Below, piece after piece: positions 17,994 to 27,818 of a stretch of 50,599 nucleotides of DNA. Source of the stretch: a virus (taxonomy: Duplodnaviria; Caudoviricetes); IMG/VR virus record IMGVR_UViG_3300029179_000003, positions 1 through 50,599 of that record; one strand, given 5' to 3'. Each line of letters begins with the position of its first letter. Positions within the stretch are counted from its first letter, which is position 1. The notes under the pieces are model-generated. The model was not told where the DNA came from and did no database searches. It saw nothing but the letters and a program-made list of their open reading frames with translations. The translations under genes and the position numbers were made by a program.

Positions 17994-20284
17994 TGACTAT
18001 CCCGACAATTACTTATCCTGATGCCTTCGATAGCGATGATAACCTATTTCTCGTACACGATGCGCTTAGGCTACGTCTTGCAGAAGATTACAATCCGGGC
18101 GATACAAAGATCACCATACAAGGCGATCTACTCATTCTTGATAGATGGCCCCAGAAAGGCATCCTCACTCTCACCGAACAATGTAGTGATATCGAGGAAA
18201 GAGCGATTTCCTTCTTCTATGATGGAGTTGATACCACAACAGGAGTCATCAGCGGCCTGGAGATCCTGCCGAATTTCCCTGATGTCCTCAAGCCCAAAAG
18301 AATCACCAATGTCACCATCAATGTCACCGCCCCATGCCATAACAACCTTAAAGATGCTTTGATAGCTATTGAGGAGTTTATCGGAGTAAAGGGTACAATC
18401 GATGATCAGCCATTCGGACCAACTCTAGAAGGACGTATCAACTTCCTGAGACGTGTGGCGTTGGTCCCTAGAGCGTGGTTCAGTTCCGACAAGAGAACAG
18501 GCGTCGTGCCACTAGAAGTCGAGTTCAGAGATCTGAGCTTCCGCCTTGGCACGGACGGAACAGCCGGCCCCGTAATCATCACATGGGACTTCGGTGATAA
18601 CACAACCTCTGTTGTATCACTCATCAGTACCATCAGTGCTACCAGCGAGGTGCCAGAGGATGCTGAGAACGTATTCGTGTATGACGTAGATGGTGGCACA
18701 ATCAAGAAGACATATCTTCACCCAGGCATCTATGATGTAACCATGACAGTGAAGAATGACTTTGGTAGTGATACCGTAACCTTCCCAGCCTTCATCAAAG
18801 CTAGACTACAAGCCCCACAAGAGGCTGTTGTCAAGTTCAACGAAGGTACGGGTCAGAAGGTGACTCCGGGCACGCCTGCTGGTGGCCCGTATGAAGTGAC
18901 GCCGAAGGTGCGATCACCAATCAATACTCTGATCTCTTTTGAGATCTTAGAGGGAGAGAACGCATCTACTCCAGGCTACAGCTATGGAGGGGAGTTACTG
19001 AATAGTGCTGGCAACCCTATCGACCCAATTACAAACTATACATGGGCACTGGCAGATGATCTCACACACCCAAATGCTCGTGATACAAAGGGGTCGTATG
19101 GCGTGGGTGGTATCTACGATATGATCCTTCGTGTCGATACGGAGTTTGGTGCATATAGAATCACAAGCTACCAGAACTCTGTTGACATTGTAGAGAATGT
19201 AAACTTGTGGTTATGGTTATTCCAAGACTCAGTAAATGTGAGAGCATATGAGTTTGGACTAATCAGTGAAACATTCAAGTTGAACTCTAACTCCACGATG
19301 GCAGTTACAAGGAACAGTTCGTTCCTGGGGGATGGATCAGACGATGCCTCTGCCAAGAAGATTCAGGAGTTCAATAGGAACATAGGCTTTGCGCCACGAG
19401 GCTCCCTTGCGTCCGGCAAGGGAGGTTCTACGTTGTTGTATTGGGCGAGCGGTAGAAACTCTTCTGATCCTGCCTCAGTGGAGAGAATTAACTTCACGGA
19501 ATACAATGGTTTTGAGGATATCTACATCAGTAGAAATCCTATAACTAGACCTTGGAATTGGGCGACTTTCTCATCTACATCGTCTGCCTTCTTCTCCTTC
19601 GGGTCTACTGGTACAACGCCTTTACCAAACACATCGCCAACAAATCCTGTGCGAACTGTATTGGACCTTATCTCATTGAACATCTCGTCTTCTACACTGG
19701 CGACGAGTAACTTTGAAAATGGTGCGCAAGAATTGTTAGAGAACCCTGCTTTGTATGATCAGGGCACTGGTGCCTCGATCTATGGGCACTACAGCGTGTA
19801 TAGAACTGCGTGGAAAGACAACACTGGATATATTGCAAGGAACGACGGCGTCGGGCCATTCTTCCGTATCAAGAGCTTCTATAGAACAGAAGGTACGGTT
19901 GGTACGCCGTTCATCAATGTAAGAAAACTAACTGACATCCAAGGTATCACGAAGGCTGAAGGCCAAATGACGAATTTGAGTCAAGGCGTTTACTTCTTCA
20001 ACAACTCAGGATCTATCTCCGCATTCAATGATACAACAGGTATCTGGTCTACGGGTGGCCCTGGCGTGAACTCTGTAGCCTATCGTGCGTTACAGGATAC
20101 TTCGGTTGCAGGTTTTGACGCAGCAACAAATACCTTGCTGTTGTCATCTGACGGCGACGTTAGAGCTTACATCAGTTTCGACTACAGCCACAAGGCATTC
20201 ACTAAATTCAATGAGATTGATACAACTTTCAAGAGTTTGGGAGAAAGGCCCGTAGGCGATCAATGGCTCATGGGTATATACTAA
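17993..20284 (+). CDS. PKD-domain virion/fibre protein
   Basis: WDFGD...YLHPGIYDVTMTV. The N-terminal module is paralogous to those of the neighbouring genes. Confidence 0.8.
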   Translation: MTIPTITYPDAFDSDDNLFLVHDALRLRLAEDYNPGDTKITIQGDLLILDRWPQKGILTLTEQCSDIEERAISFFYDGVDTTTGVISGLEILPNFPDVLKPKRITNVTINVTAPCHNNLKDALIAIEEFIGVKGTIDDQPFGPTLEGRINFLRRVALVPRAWFSSDKRTGVVPLEVEFRDLSFRLGTDGTAGPVIITWDFGDNTTSVVSLISTISATSEVPEDAENVFVYDVDGGTIKKTYLHPGIYDVTMTVKNDFGSDTVTFPAFIKARLQAPQEAVVKFNEGTGQKVTPGTPAGGPYEVTPKVRSPINTLISFEILEGENASTPGYSYGGELLNSAGNPIDPITNYTWALADDLTHPNARDTKGSYGVGGIYDMILRVDTEFGAYRITSYQNSVDIVENVNLWLWLFQDSVNVRAYEFGLISETFKLNSNSTMAVTRNSSFLGDGSDDASAKKIQEFNRNIGFAPRGSLASGKGGSTLLYWASGRNSSDPASVERINFTEYNGFEDIYISRNPITRPWNWATFSSTSSAFFSFGSTGTTPLPNTSPTNPVRTVLDLISLNISSSTLATSNFENGAQELLENPALYDQGTGASIYGHYSVYRTAWKDNTGYIARNDGVGPFFRIKSFYRTEGTVGTPFINVRKLTDIQGITKAEGQMTNLSQGVYFFNNSGSISAFNDTTGIWSTGGPGVNSVAYRALQDTSVAGFDAATNTLLLSSDGDVRAYISFDYSHKAFTKFNEIDTTFKSLGERPVGDQWLMGIY

Positions 20285-20296
20285 CGAGGTACTTAT

Positions 20297-22153
20297 ATGG
20301 CTTTTCCTCCACTACCAGCTTACCCAAAAGCTCTAGATTCTGATTACACACTCTTCTTGGTTTACAATACTACCGAAACTAAGTTGTGTAGAGACAATGC
20401 GGCCTGGGCTGATGAGATTGACATCATCGCTGTGGCCCCTGACAAGGCTGAGATATGGGCCGACAACGGTTTCGGCAACATAGAAGGCGAACTATTCTAC
20501 TACGACTCTGTTGAGAAAAACGAGGCCGGCAAGGTCTACAAGCTCAAGGGATGCGCACGGCAGCTAACCGGCAAGACCAAGTATCATACGAAAGGTACTT
20601 GGATCAGGAGCTTCGTTATTGCTGAACATCACAATCAGCTAGTAGATGCTGTCCTACAAGTCGAAGACTTTGTGGGTTATAACTTTGATCCACGTCTGGA
20701 GACTCTAGATTGGCGTATCCGCAACCTTCGTGAACTGAAGGTTGTATTCGATGACTATAACTGTCCAGATATAGACTTCTTCTTTGCTATCGTTGAAAGC
20801 GACAAAGAAACAGGTATCCTGGCTAGGTATGACGTTCAAGTCACGCCGCCGGGTAGCGTGAGTAACTTCCGTCTTGACTTTGGTGACGGAGAGTTCACGA
20901 CTACATCACTTACGGGCACACATAGGTACGCTTTGAATGCTGTCATCGACCCTGTAGTTACAGCATCGAACGATAAGTGCCAGATCATCCAGACTCCTAT
21001 TGAGCGTGCAAATCCATCTGAGCCGCCGGTAATTGCCGAGACTCCGTTTGATATCCCGATTCCTGAGTCGCCTGAGATCCCAGATTTCACGTTCGTTCCT
21101 TGTAACGTACCTGAGCCTGAATTCAATTTACCACCTATCGTATTCCCTTGCGTGTCCCTGGAGGGCCAGATTGGGCCGCTACCATCTGTGATCATCGGCC
21201 CGGACATCAACTTGGTAAGTCAAGTTACCATTGTAGGACCGGACAACCCGATCAACATCACACAAAGCGTAGTGACGATTGAAGGTAATGTGAACATCCC
21301 TAGTGTGATCTTCGTGGATGTGCCGCCGACCATCGTGATCGATCCACCCATCCCTCCAACAATTGTAATCGTGACGGATACGTCTGCGATCCAGTTGGAT
21401 ATTGGCGAGTTGCCGAAGTTGGAAGTGGATTGGGGTGCGCCTCCTCCGATGGAAGTGCAGTTGACGATGACACGGCCAATCCAGAACCACAAGATGTTCG
21501 CAGTAGATCCTAACCTCCGCAATGAGTTCGGGGAGGAGTTCGCTGACCTGTTTGAGGCATCAGACCAGATCAAGGTTGAGTATGAGACGGTCGGCATTCC
21601 TTCTGAAATCAAGATCATACCGCCATCCATGCCTATCATGATTGATGCTAGCGGTGTGCCAACGAGGATAGCTGTGGATACAACTGATTGTCATCTACCA
21701 GAGAGTATCCGGTTGATCTTGGATCAACCGATCCCAACGAAAATCGTGGTGGATGCTGACTCTGTCCCAGAGATCATTACTGTAGTAAACAAGGATGTGC
21801 CTACTACAATTGAAGTTGTGTCTGATATCCCACGGAAAATTGAGGTAGAAGTTACTAGAGATATACCTAACAGGATTCTGATTGAGATGCCAGATCCGAT
21901 CCCAGATCGAATCATAGTGGATGCCGCCGGTATCCCTAAGTCCATTCAGGTCGTAGGCTTCCCTGAGTCAATCCAAGTTGTAGGTTTCCCTGCCGGTATT
22001 GACTTGCTACCTCCGAAGGAATTGCCACCAGTAGAGATGATCTACACTGGCAGTCCAATTCCTATCGAGGTTAAAGTGACGATGGCCGACATGATGCCTA
22101 GTACGGAGGACGGCAAGGTCAACTGTGTTATGATTTCACCTTGCCCAAGATAA
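20297..22153 (+). CDS. Virion fibre-like protein with PKD-like segment and Pro/Ile/Val-rich repeats
   Basis: LDFGDG...THRY, the shared N-terminal module, and repeated [IVL]Pxx[I]x[VIL] units. Confidence 0.7.
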   Translation: MAFPPLPAYPKALDSDYTLFLVYNTTETKLCRDNAAWADEIDIIAVAPDKAEIWADNGFGNIEGELFYYDSVEKNEAGKVYKLKGCARQLTGKTKYHTKGTWIRSFVIAEHHNQLVDAVLQVEDFVGYNFDPRLETLDWRIRNLRELKVVFDDYNCPDIDFFFAIVESDKETGILARYDVQVTPPGSVSNFRLDFGDGEFTTTSLTGTHRYALNAVIDPVVTASNDKCQIIQTPIERANPSEPPVIAETPFDIPIPESPEIPDFTFVPCNVPEPEFNLPPIVFPCVSLEGQIGPLPSVIIGPDINLVSQVTIVGPDNPINITQSVVTIEGNVNIPSVIFVDVPPTIVIDPPIPPTIVIVTDTSAIQLDIGELPKLEVDWGAPPPMEVQLTMTRPIQNHKMFAVDPNLRNEFGEEFADLFEASDQIKVEYETVGIPSEIKIIPPSMPIMIDASGVPTRIAVDTTDCHLPESIRLILDQPIPTKIVVDADSVPEIITVVNKDVPTTIEVVSDIPRKIEVEVTRDIPNRILIEMPDPIPDRIIVDAAGIPKSIQVVGFPESIQVVGFPAGIDLLPPKELPPVEMIYTGSPIPIEVKVTMADMMPSTEDGKVNCVMISPCPR

Positions 22154-22154
22154 T

Positions 22155-23018
22155 ATGAGAATCAAAAGAGACATTAGAACGAGAAACGAGTACATCTTTG
22201 CTGGAGGTATGTGGGTTCGCAACTTCACTAAGAGTGACGCCCAATGGGTGAACATCAATAAATTAGTGAAGTCTAACGACCACTTAACTGTGATCAATAA
22301 TGAGTTATTGAATAAGACACTCGGTCATGCGAATATCGCTGACGAATCGTTCGCTGCGCCGAAGCTGGTTATCGTGTCCGATGGATACAAATTCGATGAG
22401 AGACACAAGTTTCTTGCGAAGGCACCAGATGTGACTGTCGTTGCAATCAATAGAGCATTGGCTAAGTGGAAGCTGTTAGACCCGATGAGAGCAATCAATG
22501 CCTATCTAGTGAACAACCCTTACCAAGAGTGTTTAAGTTATTTGCCGAGGAAGTCAAAGTATTATCCTATATGTGTCGCATCAAGTAGGACCAATACAGA
22601 CTTCCTCCGACAGTACCAAGGTAATGTATATTTGTACGACCCTACTCCAGAGACTACATTTGGTTATAATAGAAGTCAGAAATACTTCTTAGATGACTAT
22701 AGGAATCCCGTGTGTGCCGCCATCGGGCTAGCACACAGATTGAAAGCAAAGAAAGTGATGCTTCTGTGTTGTGATGACTCATTTGAAGATGAGAGGGCGG
22801 CTGCCGAAAAGCTACCTAATGGTTTGTGGTCTTACCCTCAACATCGGATGTGCCATGACATAGTGGATGCGAATTTGTATTGGCTGACACATCAGGAAGA
22901 CAATGAAGTGAAAGTGGCAGATTACTCCAGTGGTCCGAAATACAATAATGCTGTGTATATAGACAATGAGGAGGCAGCGTTGTCATTCTTTGCAGACGAT
23001 GCAGCAGATAAGGTATGA
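22155..23018 (+). CDS. Maf/MptE-like (DUF115-type) Rossmann glycosyltransferase-like protein
   Basis: LVIVSDG, VVAINRA and AAIGLAHRLKAKKVMLLCCD match the family pattern. Confidence 0.55.
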   Translation: MRIKRDIRTRNEYIFAGGMWVRNFTKSDAQWVNINKLVKSNDHLTVINNELLNKTLGHANIADESFAAPKLVIVSDGYKFDERHKFLAKAPDVTVVAINRALAKWKLLDPMRAINAYLVNNPYQECLSYLPRKSKYYPICVASSRTNTDFLRQYQGNVYLYDPTPETTFGYNRSQKYFLDDYRNPVCAAIGLAHRLKAKKVMLLCCDDSFEDERAAAEKLPNGLWSYPQHRMCHDIVDANLYWLTHQEDNEVKVADYSSGPKYNNAVYIDNEEAALSFFADDAADKV

Positions 23019-23063
23019 TAAAGATTGAAGTGTCAGGAAGCTCACTAAATCACACAGGAGGTT

Positions 23064-23429
23064 ATGGTGGATAGTCCACAAAGAAAACCATCGTTCTCAC
23101 TTCAAGACTTCAAGAACTGGTTGGCGCAGTCGCCCCAGCAGAAGGATCTGAATGAGTTTTTCGATTTGAGTTCTCGTGGAGAGAACAAGACGGACGAGAT
23201 GGTAGGCAAAGAAGTGTTTGCCAAGGTAAGTGCTAAGAAACTACTAGAGAAGATCGAGCCTGAAGAAGGCGGCGATCCAGAGTGTCTTGTTGAAGATCTG
23301 GTAGAAAACGGAGGCATGATCCTTGCCCTTAAAGGTAAGAACCTACTCATAGAAGTAGATTCTGGCTCCTTCTACATGCCTCGTTTCTGCGTCCGTATAA
23401 TTAGAGAAGAGGAAGAGAAAGACAGTTAA
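23064..23429 (+). CDS. Hypothetical protein (N-terminal FKNWL motif)
   Basis: Strong AGGAGG RBS. Confidence 0.75.
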   Translation: MVDSPQRKPSFSLQDFKNWLAQSPQQKDLNEFFDLSSRGENKTDEMVGKEVFAKVSAKKLLEKIEPEEGGDPECLVEDLVENGGMILALKGKNLLIEVDSGSFYMPRFCVRIIREEEEKDS

Positions 23430-24234
23430 GTTTTGCCAAGACCTGATCGAACATCTGGTCGGTGGAGACTAGATGCTCGCAGTCTAATGTACCTGTTTCA
23501 CATACGTCCGTAACCGTACTGCATTCTTTCTTGTGATGACAGCCTAGACAGCTAAGTCCTTTAGCGACAATTGCCTCCATGTTGCTATTGATCAATCTAA
23601 GCTCTGGGCGAATACTTCCGAAGAATACAACACCTGGGGTGCCAACTGCTTGAGCAATGTGCATCGGCAATGAGTCGATGCCAATGAACAGTTTGGCACC
23701 CTTCATTATTGTCGCCACTTCTCCTATTGTTGCCTTGTTTCTTACGTCTGCATCGCACGGCACGAACCTATCGCCGCCGGCCCCTACGCACACGATCTGG
23801 TAGCCCTTGTCGTGCAGCCTTAGAGCTAGATCCCTCCATCTTTCGCTTGACCAGTTCCTCCCAACCCAATTAGTGATGCCTGCATGTACAACAATGTAGT
23901 TGTTGAATAAAGGCATGTTTACTCGCTCACAGTGGATGTATAATTTACAATCCTCTGCTGGCACCTCAGCCACATCAGCATATGTTTGTAGAACATGGAC
24001 ATTCGGCCTCCTCTCGTAGGCCATATCAAGGTCGATTGTAAGATCGAATTTCTCCTCAAGTATGTCTGGACTATCGGTTACAAAATCAAGGTAGATGTTC
24101 TTAAACAGAACTGTTGGGCATTTAGTATAGAAGCCAATTTTGCATCCCTCATACTTCTGTTTCAAAGCGGCGGCGACTGCTGAGGCAACCAACACATCGC
24201 CCCTAGCTGCTTCCCTACGCACTAAGATGTTCAT
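23401..24234 (-). CDS. Glycosyltransferase family 9 (heptosyltransferase-like)
   Basis: ARGDVL, FIGIDSLPMHIAQAVGTP.V.FFG and a Cys cluster CLGC...C...C. Confidence 0.92.
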   Translation of the reverse strand: MNILVRREAARGDVLVASAVAAALKQKYEGCKIGFYTKCPTVLFKNIYLDFVTDSPDILEEKFDLTIDLDMAYERRPNVHVLQTYADVAEVPAEDCKLYIHCERVNMPLFNNYIVVHAGITNWVGRNWSSERWRDLALRLHDKGYQIVCVGAGGDRFVPCDADVRNKATIGEVATIMKGAKLFIGIDSLPMHIAQAVGTPGVVFFGSIRPELRLINSNMEAIVAKGLSCLGCHHKKECSTVTDVCETGTLDCEHLVSTDQMFDQVLAKLNCLSLPLL

Positions 24235-25957
24235 TCATTAACCCTTTCACTTCGACTATAAGTTCTTCGAATACACTTTCCCATACACCAGATTCCTTCT
24301 GGCGTATCAGCTTGATGCTAGGATACCATTCTTTGACATTCCAGCGATAATCTCCTGGCTCAGACAGCAGGCCAATTGCCTTCTTATTCATTGCCCCAGC
24401 CAGATGTAATACAGATGTATCTACGCATATCACAAGATCCACAGAATTGATGAGCTTGGCAGTATCCGTAAAGTCATTCAAATTAGTGCCATACAAATCA
24501 ATCTCACAAATCAACTCATGTAGATGTACTTCTTTCTGAAGTATAAACAAGCTTGCTCCTAAATCGTCTATTAGTGGCTTGAAATACCTCAGTGGACATG
24601 ATCTCAACGAATTGTTGCTATGGGTCGGAGAGCCTTCCCAGGCGATGCCTATCTTGAATCCTAATTCTCCTAGATCCTTTTTGCCGTCCGCTTTGATGTA
24701 CGGGAACTTGATTTTTGGATCGCTTAGCATAAATGGCAAGCTCATAGACAATACATGATAGTCATGAGCCGGCAACTGGTCACAATCTTTATCCAATACA
24801 GCATCTACACCATCTATTGTTCGAAACAATGAATGTAATGCTGCATCGCAGTGGATGGTTACGTGGCATCCTTTTTTCTTCAAGTGTTTAGCATAGCGGA
24901 CGAACTGGATGTTATCTCCCAACCCTTGTTCGCCATATACGATTATCTTTTTTTCTTCCAGAGTATCCATGCCGTTCCATCGAGAGCTATGTTTGTAAGT
25001 CTCTCGATAGTATGTCATGTGTTGATTGTAAACTCTATCAACGCTCTCTGTAGTGATCATGAGATCGGGCGGCTTGGGAGCTTTGACCATGTTCTCTAGC
25101 TTACCAGATATGATCCAGTTATTCATGAAGTATATCTTGTTGTTCTCATGGAACTGATGTACAGATATATTAGAATGACTTAGCTTGTGGTAAATTCTAG
25201 AAGCTGGTTGAAACAGCACCTTGTAACCCATACTTCTTACTTTGAGGTTAAGGTCGGCGTCTTCCCAATATCCGATCCTATAGTTCTCATCAAAGCCGCC
25301 AACTTCGTTGAATAGCTGTCTTGGAATAGTGAAGCAGCAACCAGTTACCATTTCCCTTTCACCCACTGACATAACATCCGCTGGAGCGTCGTCTGGGTAC
25401 ATAGGCAATTGAAGTGGAAGTCCATGAATGAAGTGTCGGCCAATGTGCATGAAGTTCATGAACTGCCAAGACCATTCTGATCCGGCACTGTCAATGGTTC
25501 CGTCGAACTTGCCGCCCTCTTTGATCTGTAGATTTCCAACTATGCCAACTTTCGAGTCTTCAAAGAGATCGATCATGGGAGCGATCCAGTTGGGAGTAAC
25601 GACTGTATCGGCGTTGAGGAAGATGAGGTACTTGCCAGTGGCGTTCATGGCACCCAGGTTACATGCGCCGGCGAAACCCTTGTTCCTCACGGACGGGACT
25701 AGCTTGATAGGCTGGTCGTGTCTATCTGGCCGTTTGTTCCATTCTCCTACCACCACCGACTTGGATTTAGTTGGGCAGAAGTCATCGACGTAGATGATTT
25801 CGACAGTGTATTTGTCATCGGATTGCCATTTTTGTATCTGGTCGGCAATAACGCTGTTACTCTTGTAGAGAGGTATGATTATGGATACATCGAAGCGTTT
25901 GTTATGGCTGTATTTGCCAGTGACCGGATAGATTGGATATACTAGATCTTCCATCAA
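24215..25957 (-). CDS. GT2 + GT9-like fusion glycosyltransferase
   Basis: N-terminal SIIIPLY, VDD, GFAGACNLG, FLNADT, GGFDE, EDADL. C-terminal EQGLGDNIQF, GIAWEG, VICVDTSVLHLAGA. Confidence 0.92.
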   Translation of the reverse strand: MMEDLVYPIYPVTGKYSHNKRFDVSIIIPLYKSNSVIADQIQKWQSDDKYTVEIIYVDDFCPTKSKSVVVGEWNKRPDRHDQPIKLVPSVRNKGFAGACNLGAMNATGKYLIFLNADTVVTPNWIAPMIDLFEDSKVGIVGNLQIKEGGKFDGTIDSAGSEWSWQFMNFMHIGRHFIHGLPLQLPMYPDDAPADVMSVGEREMVTGCCFTIPRQLFNEVGGFDENYRIGYWEDADLNLKVRSMGYKVLFQPASRIYHKLSHSNISVHQFHENNKIYFMNNWIISGKLENMVKAPKPPDLMITTESVDRVYNQHMTYYRETYKHSSRWNGMDTLEEKKIIVYGEQGLGDNIQFVRYAKHLKKKGCHVTIHCDAALHSLFRTIDGVDAVLDKDCDQLPAHDYHVLSMSLPFMLSDPKIKFPYIKADGKKDLGELGFKIGIAWEGSPTHSNNSLRSCPLRYFKPLIDDLGASLFILQKEVHLHELICEIDLYGTNLNDFTDTAKLINSVDLVICVDTSVLHLAGAMNKKAIGLLSEPGDYRWNVKEWYPSIKLIRQKESGVWESVFEELIVEVKGLMNEHLSA

Positions 25958-26313
25958 TCCTTCTTTCTGACCATTGTGGTCTTGATTTTACAAGTAGATG
26001 TATCAGCTTTGGGTATCTCATTAAACTTCTGTATGCTCAACATGGGCACTGCGCCTATAGGGAGATTGGTGAATCCTCTCTCGGACAGCTTCCTTTTCAG
26101 GTCTTCGTATGAGGAGGCTGACTCGATCCAGGGTTCATAGAGCATCCGGTTGTCCTGAGCTATCTTGACTATCTTGTTCTGCCACACCGGGGGCAGACCC
26201 AACTTGGTCAGGTCGGTGAGTCTCGATGACACTGTCGTTGTTCCCTGGAGGATCGCCACTAACTTGATCCCCGATTTGCTCCTGCTGGCTAAGTATAGAT
26301 ACAACCTTTGCAT
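25954..26313 (-). CDS. Hypothetical protein
   Basis: GAGGAG RBS. Coupled to the downstream GT2 gene. Confidence 0.7.
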   Translation of the reverse strand: MQRLYLYLASRSKSGIKLVAILQGTTTVSSRLTDLTKLGLPPVWQNKIVKIAQDNRMLYEPWIESASSYEDLKRKLSERGFTNLPIGAVPMLSIQKFNEIPKADTSTCKIKTTMVRKKD

Positions 26314-26462
26314 TCATCAACTCCTCTAGTAATACTTCTATGATTAGGGCTTTATATGGATTGGGTTCCCCGAACTTGGTGAAAAAAGCCTCTAACGTAG
26401 CGGCTCCTAGTTCTGCCATCTCTTTTTCTGTCATATCTGAGTGTTCCGTACTTATTTATTGT

Positions 26463-27077
26463 ATGATTGGCCTGACGAACTATGCGAAGATCAAGAACAA
26501 TTACTGCGTGTGCTATTTCGGCTACTCTGATGAGTACCTCGTGCAGTTACGCTTAACCAGATCCTATATGAACAAAGCCTTCCCTGGCCTCAACATCTAT
26601 ATAGGATGCAAAGATTCATCTATCTCTTACTTAGAAGGTATGGATCATGTTTTGAAGCTAACAGACATCAAGATCAGGAAACCTGACTTCGCCCATATTG
26701 CTGAACTACGCTACGACGGAGGATCGGATCATCCCATTGAACGGTTCCTGCGTGAGTCTGATATTCAACATTATCCACTACCACATAGAACCATTGAAAG
26801 GCCCACTGATCGTTTCGTGATCATAACAGAAAGTACATACCCTACGAGGCCGCTATTGGAAAAGCAAATAGAGAGCCTCAAGAGACACGCCTGGGAAAGA
26901 AACATGCGTCCGGTTGTTACATCTGATATCACCGGCGCTGGTGTTGTGGCTGGCGTGGAAAGTGCCAGCCTATACTTGGCCGCAGAGAAGGGATTGGAGA
27001 CTATTCTGGTGCCTACAGGGGTTGGTACACGCCTGTACAAAAAGCTATGCCCACAGGGTAATATAATTGAAGTGTAG
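26463..27077 (+). CDS. Degenerate GT-B/GT9-like protein
   Basis: VAGVESASLYLAA...TILV resembles the GT9 IGxDSxxxHLAA motif. In-frame ATG26463 is preferred over 26340. Confidence 0.5.
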   Translation: MIGLTNYAKIKNNYCVCYFGYSDEYLVQLRLTRSYMNKAFPGLNIYIGCKDSSISYLEGMDHVLKLTDIKIRKPDFAHIAELRYDGGSDHPIERFLRESDIQHYPLPHRTIERPTDRFVIITESTYPTRPLLEKQIESLKRHAWERNMRPVVTSDITGAGVVAGVESASLYLAAEKGLETILVPTGVGTRLYKKLCPQGNIIEV

Positions 27078-27130
27078 TGTATAGATATGATTGAAGACGG
27101 AAGGCATTCTTATACCGGAGACAATACACA

Positions 27131-27751
27131 ATGTCTGTATTTAAGGTACAACTCAACAACGTAGGTCAGGGTCGTTTGGATATGGACCCAAGGACCGCAA
27201 GCCAGAACGTGCTAGGCACGCCTTTCACGGTGTCCCTACAGCGTCAGTGCTATGTTATGGGTCCAAAGAAGATCAATCGCCTTCTAAAGGACGGCGACAC
27301 CTTCACTGACTGTAATTATTGGAAGAAGTTCGCTTACCCGAACGTTCCATACGATCAGGCTTTTATCTCGGTTCTAACCGATGACGGCTCTGTATACAGT
27401 GATATCCCAGAGGAAAACACCTTCGGTGTGGGTTCCACGTTCACTCTAACAACCAGCCTAGCTGACAACAAGATTGACTTCTTGAACAGCATCAAGACGG
27501 CTGCTGGTGTTGAAAGCAGCATCGCTGCTGGTGGCCCTGCTAAGTTCTTGCAGGTAACAAACACCCACGGTTCTATCGCTCTAACCGGCGAGTTGAATGG
27601 TGACACGAACTTGACCTTCACGCTAGCCGCAGGTCAGTCTCAGATCTTCAACAGTGGTGACTTGGCTGTAACATTGCTAAGACTGAAGAGTGCATCTTCT
27701 AACGGTACTTGCTTCGTGATCGCATCCGTGCTATCCGAGCCAAGAAGCTAA
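27131..27751 (+). CDS. Hypothetical protein, possibly a virion component
   Basis: GGAG RBS, a TATAGATA element upstream, its own terminator and a beta-rich C-terminus. Confidence 0.7.
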   Translation: MSVFKVQLNNVGQGRLDMDPRTASQNVLGTPFTVSLQRQCYVMGPKKINRLLKDGDTFTDCNYWKKFAYPNVPYDQAFISVLTDDGSVYSDIPEENTFGVGSTFTLTTSLADNKIDFLNSIKTAAGVESSIAAGGPAKFLQVTNTHGSIALTGELNGDTNLTFTLAAGQSQIFNSGDLAVTLLRLKSASSNGTCFVIASVLSEPRS

Positions 27752-27778
27752 TACTTCTGACAAACAATAGAAACAACG

Positions 27779-27808
27779 AGGCCAGGGCAAATTGCCCTGG
27801 CCTTTTCT
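27779..27808 (+). terminator. Rho-independent terminator
   Basis: AGGCCAGGGCA-AAT-TGCCCTGGCCT followed by TTTCT. Confidence 0.85.
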
Positions 27809-27818
27809 ATTATATGAC

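Noticed and set aside
26135-26434. 99-aa minus-strand ORF (MTEKEMAELG...)
   Set aside because: It overlaps 25954-26313 by about 180 nt on the same strand and has no recognisable motif. It is left unresolved rather than called.
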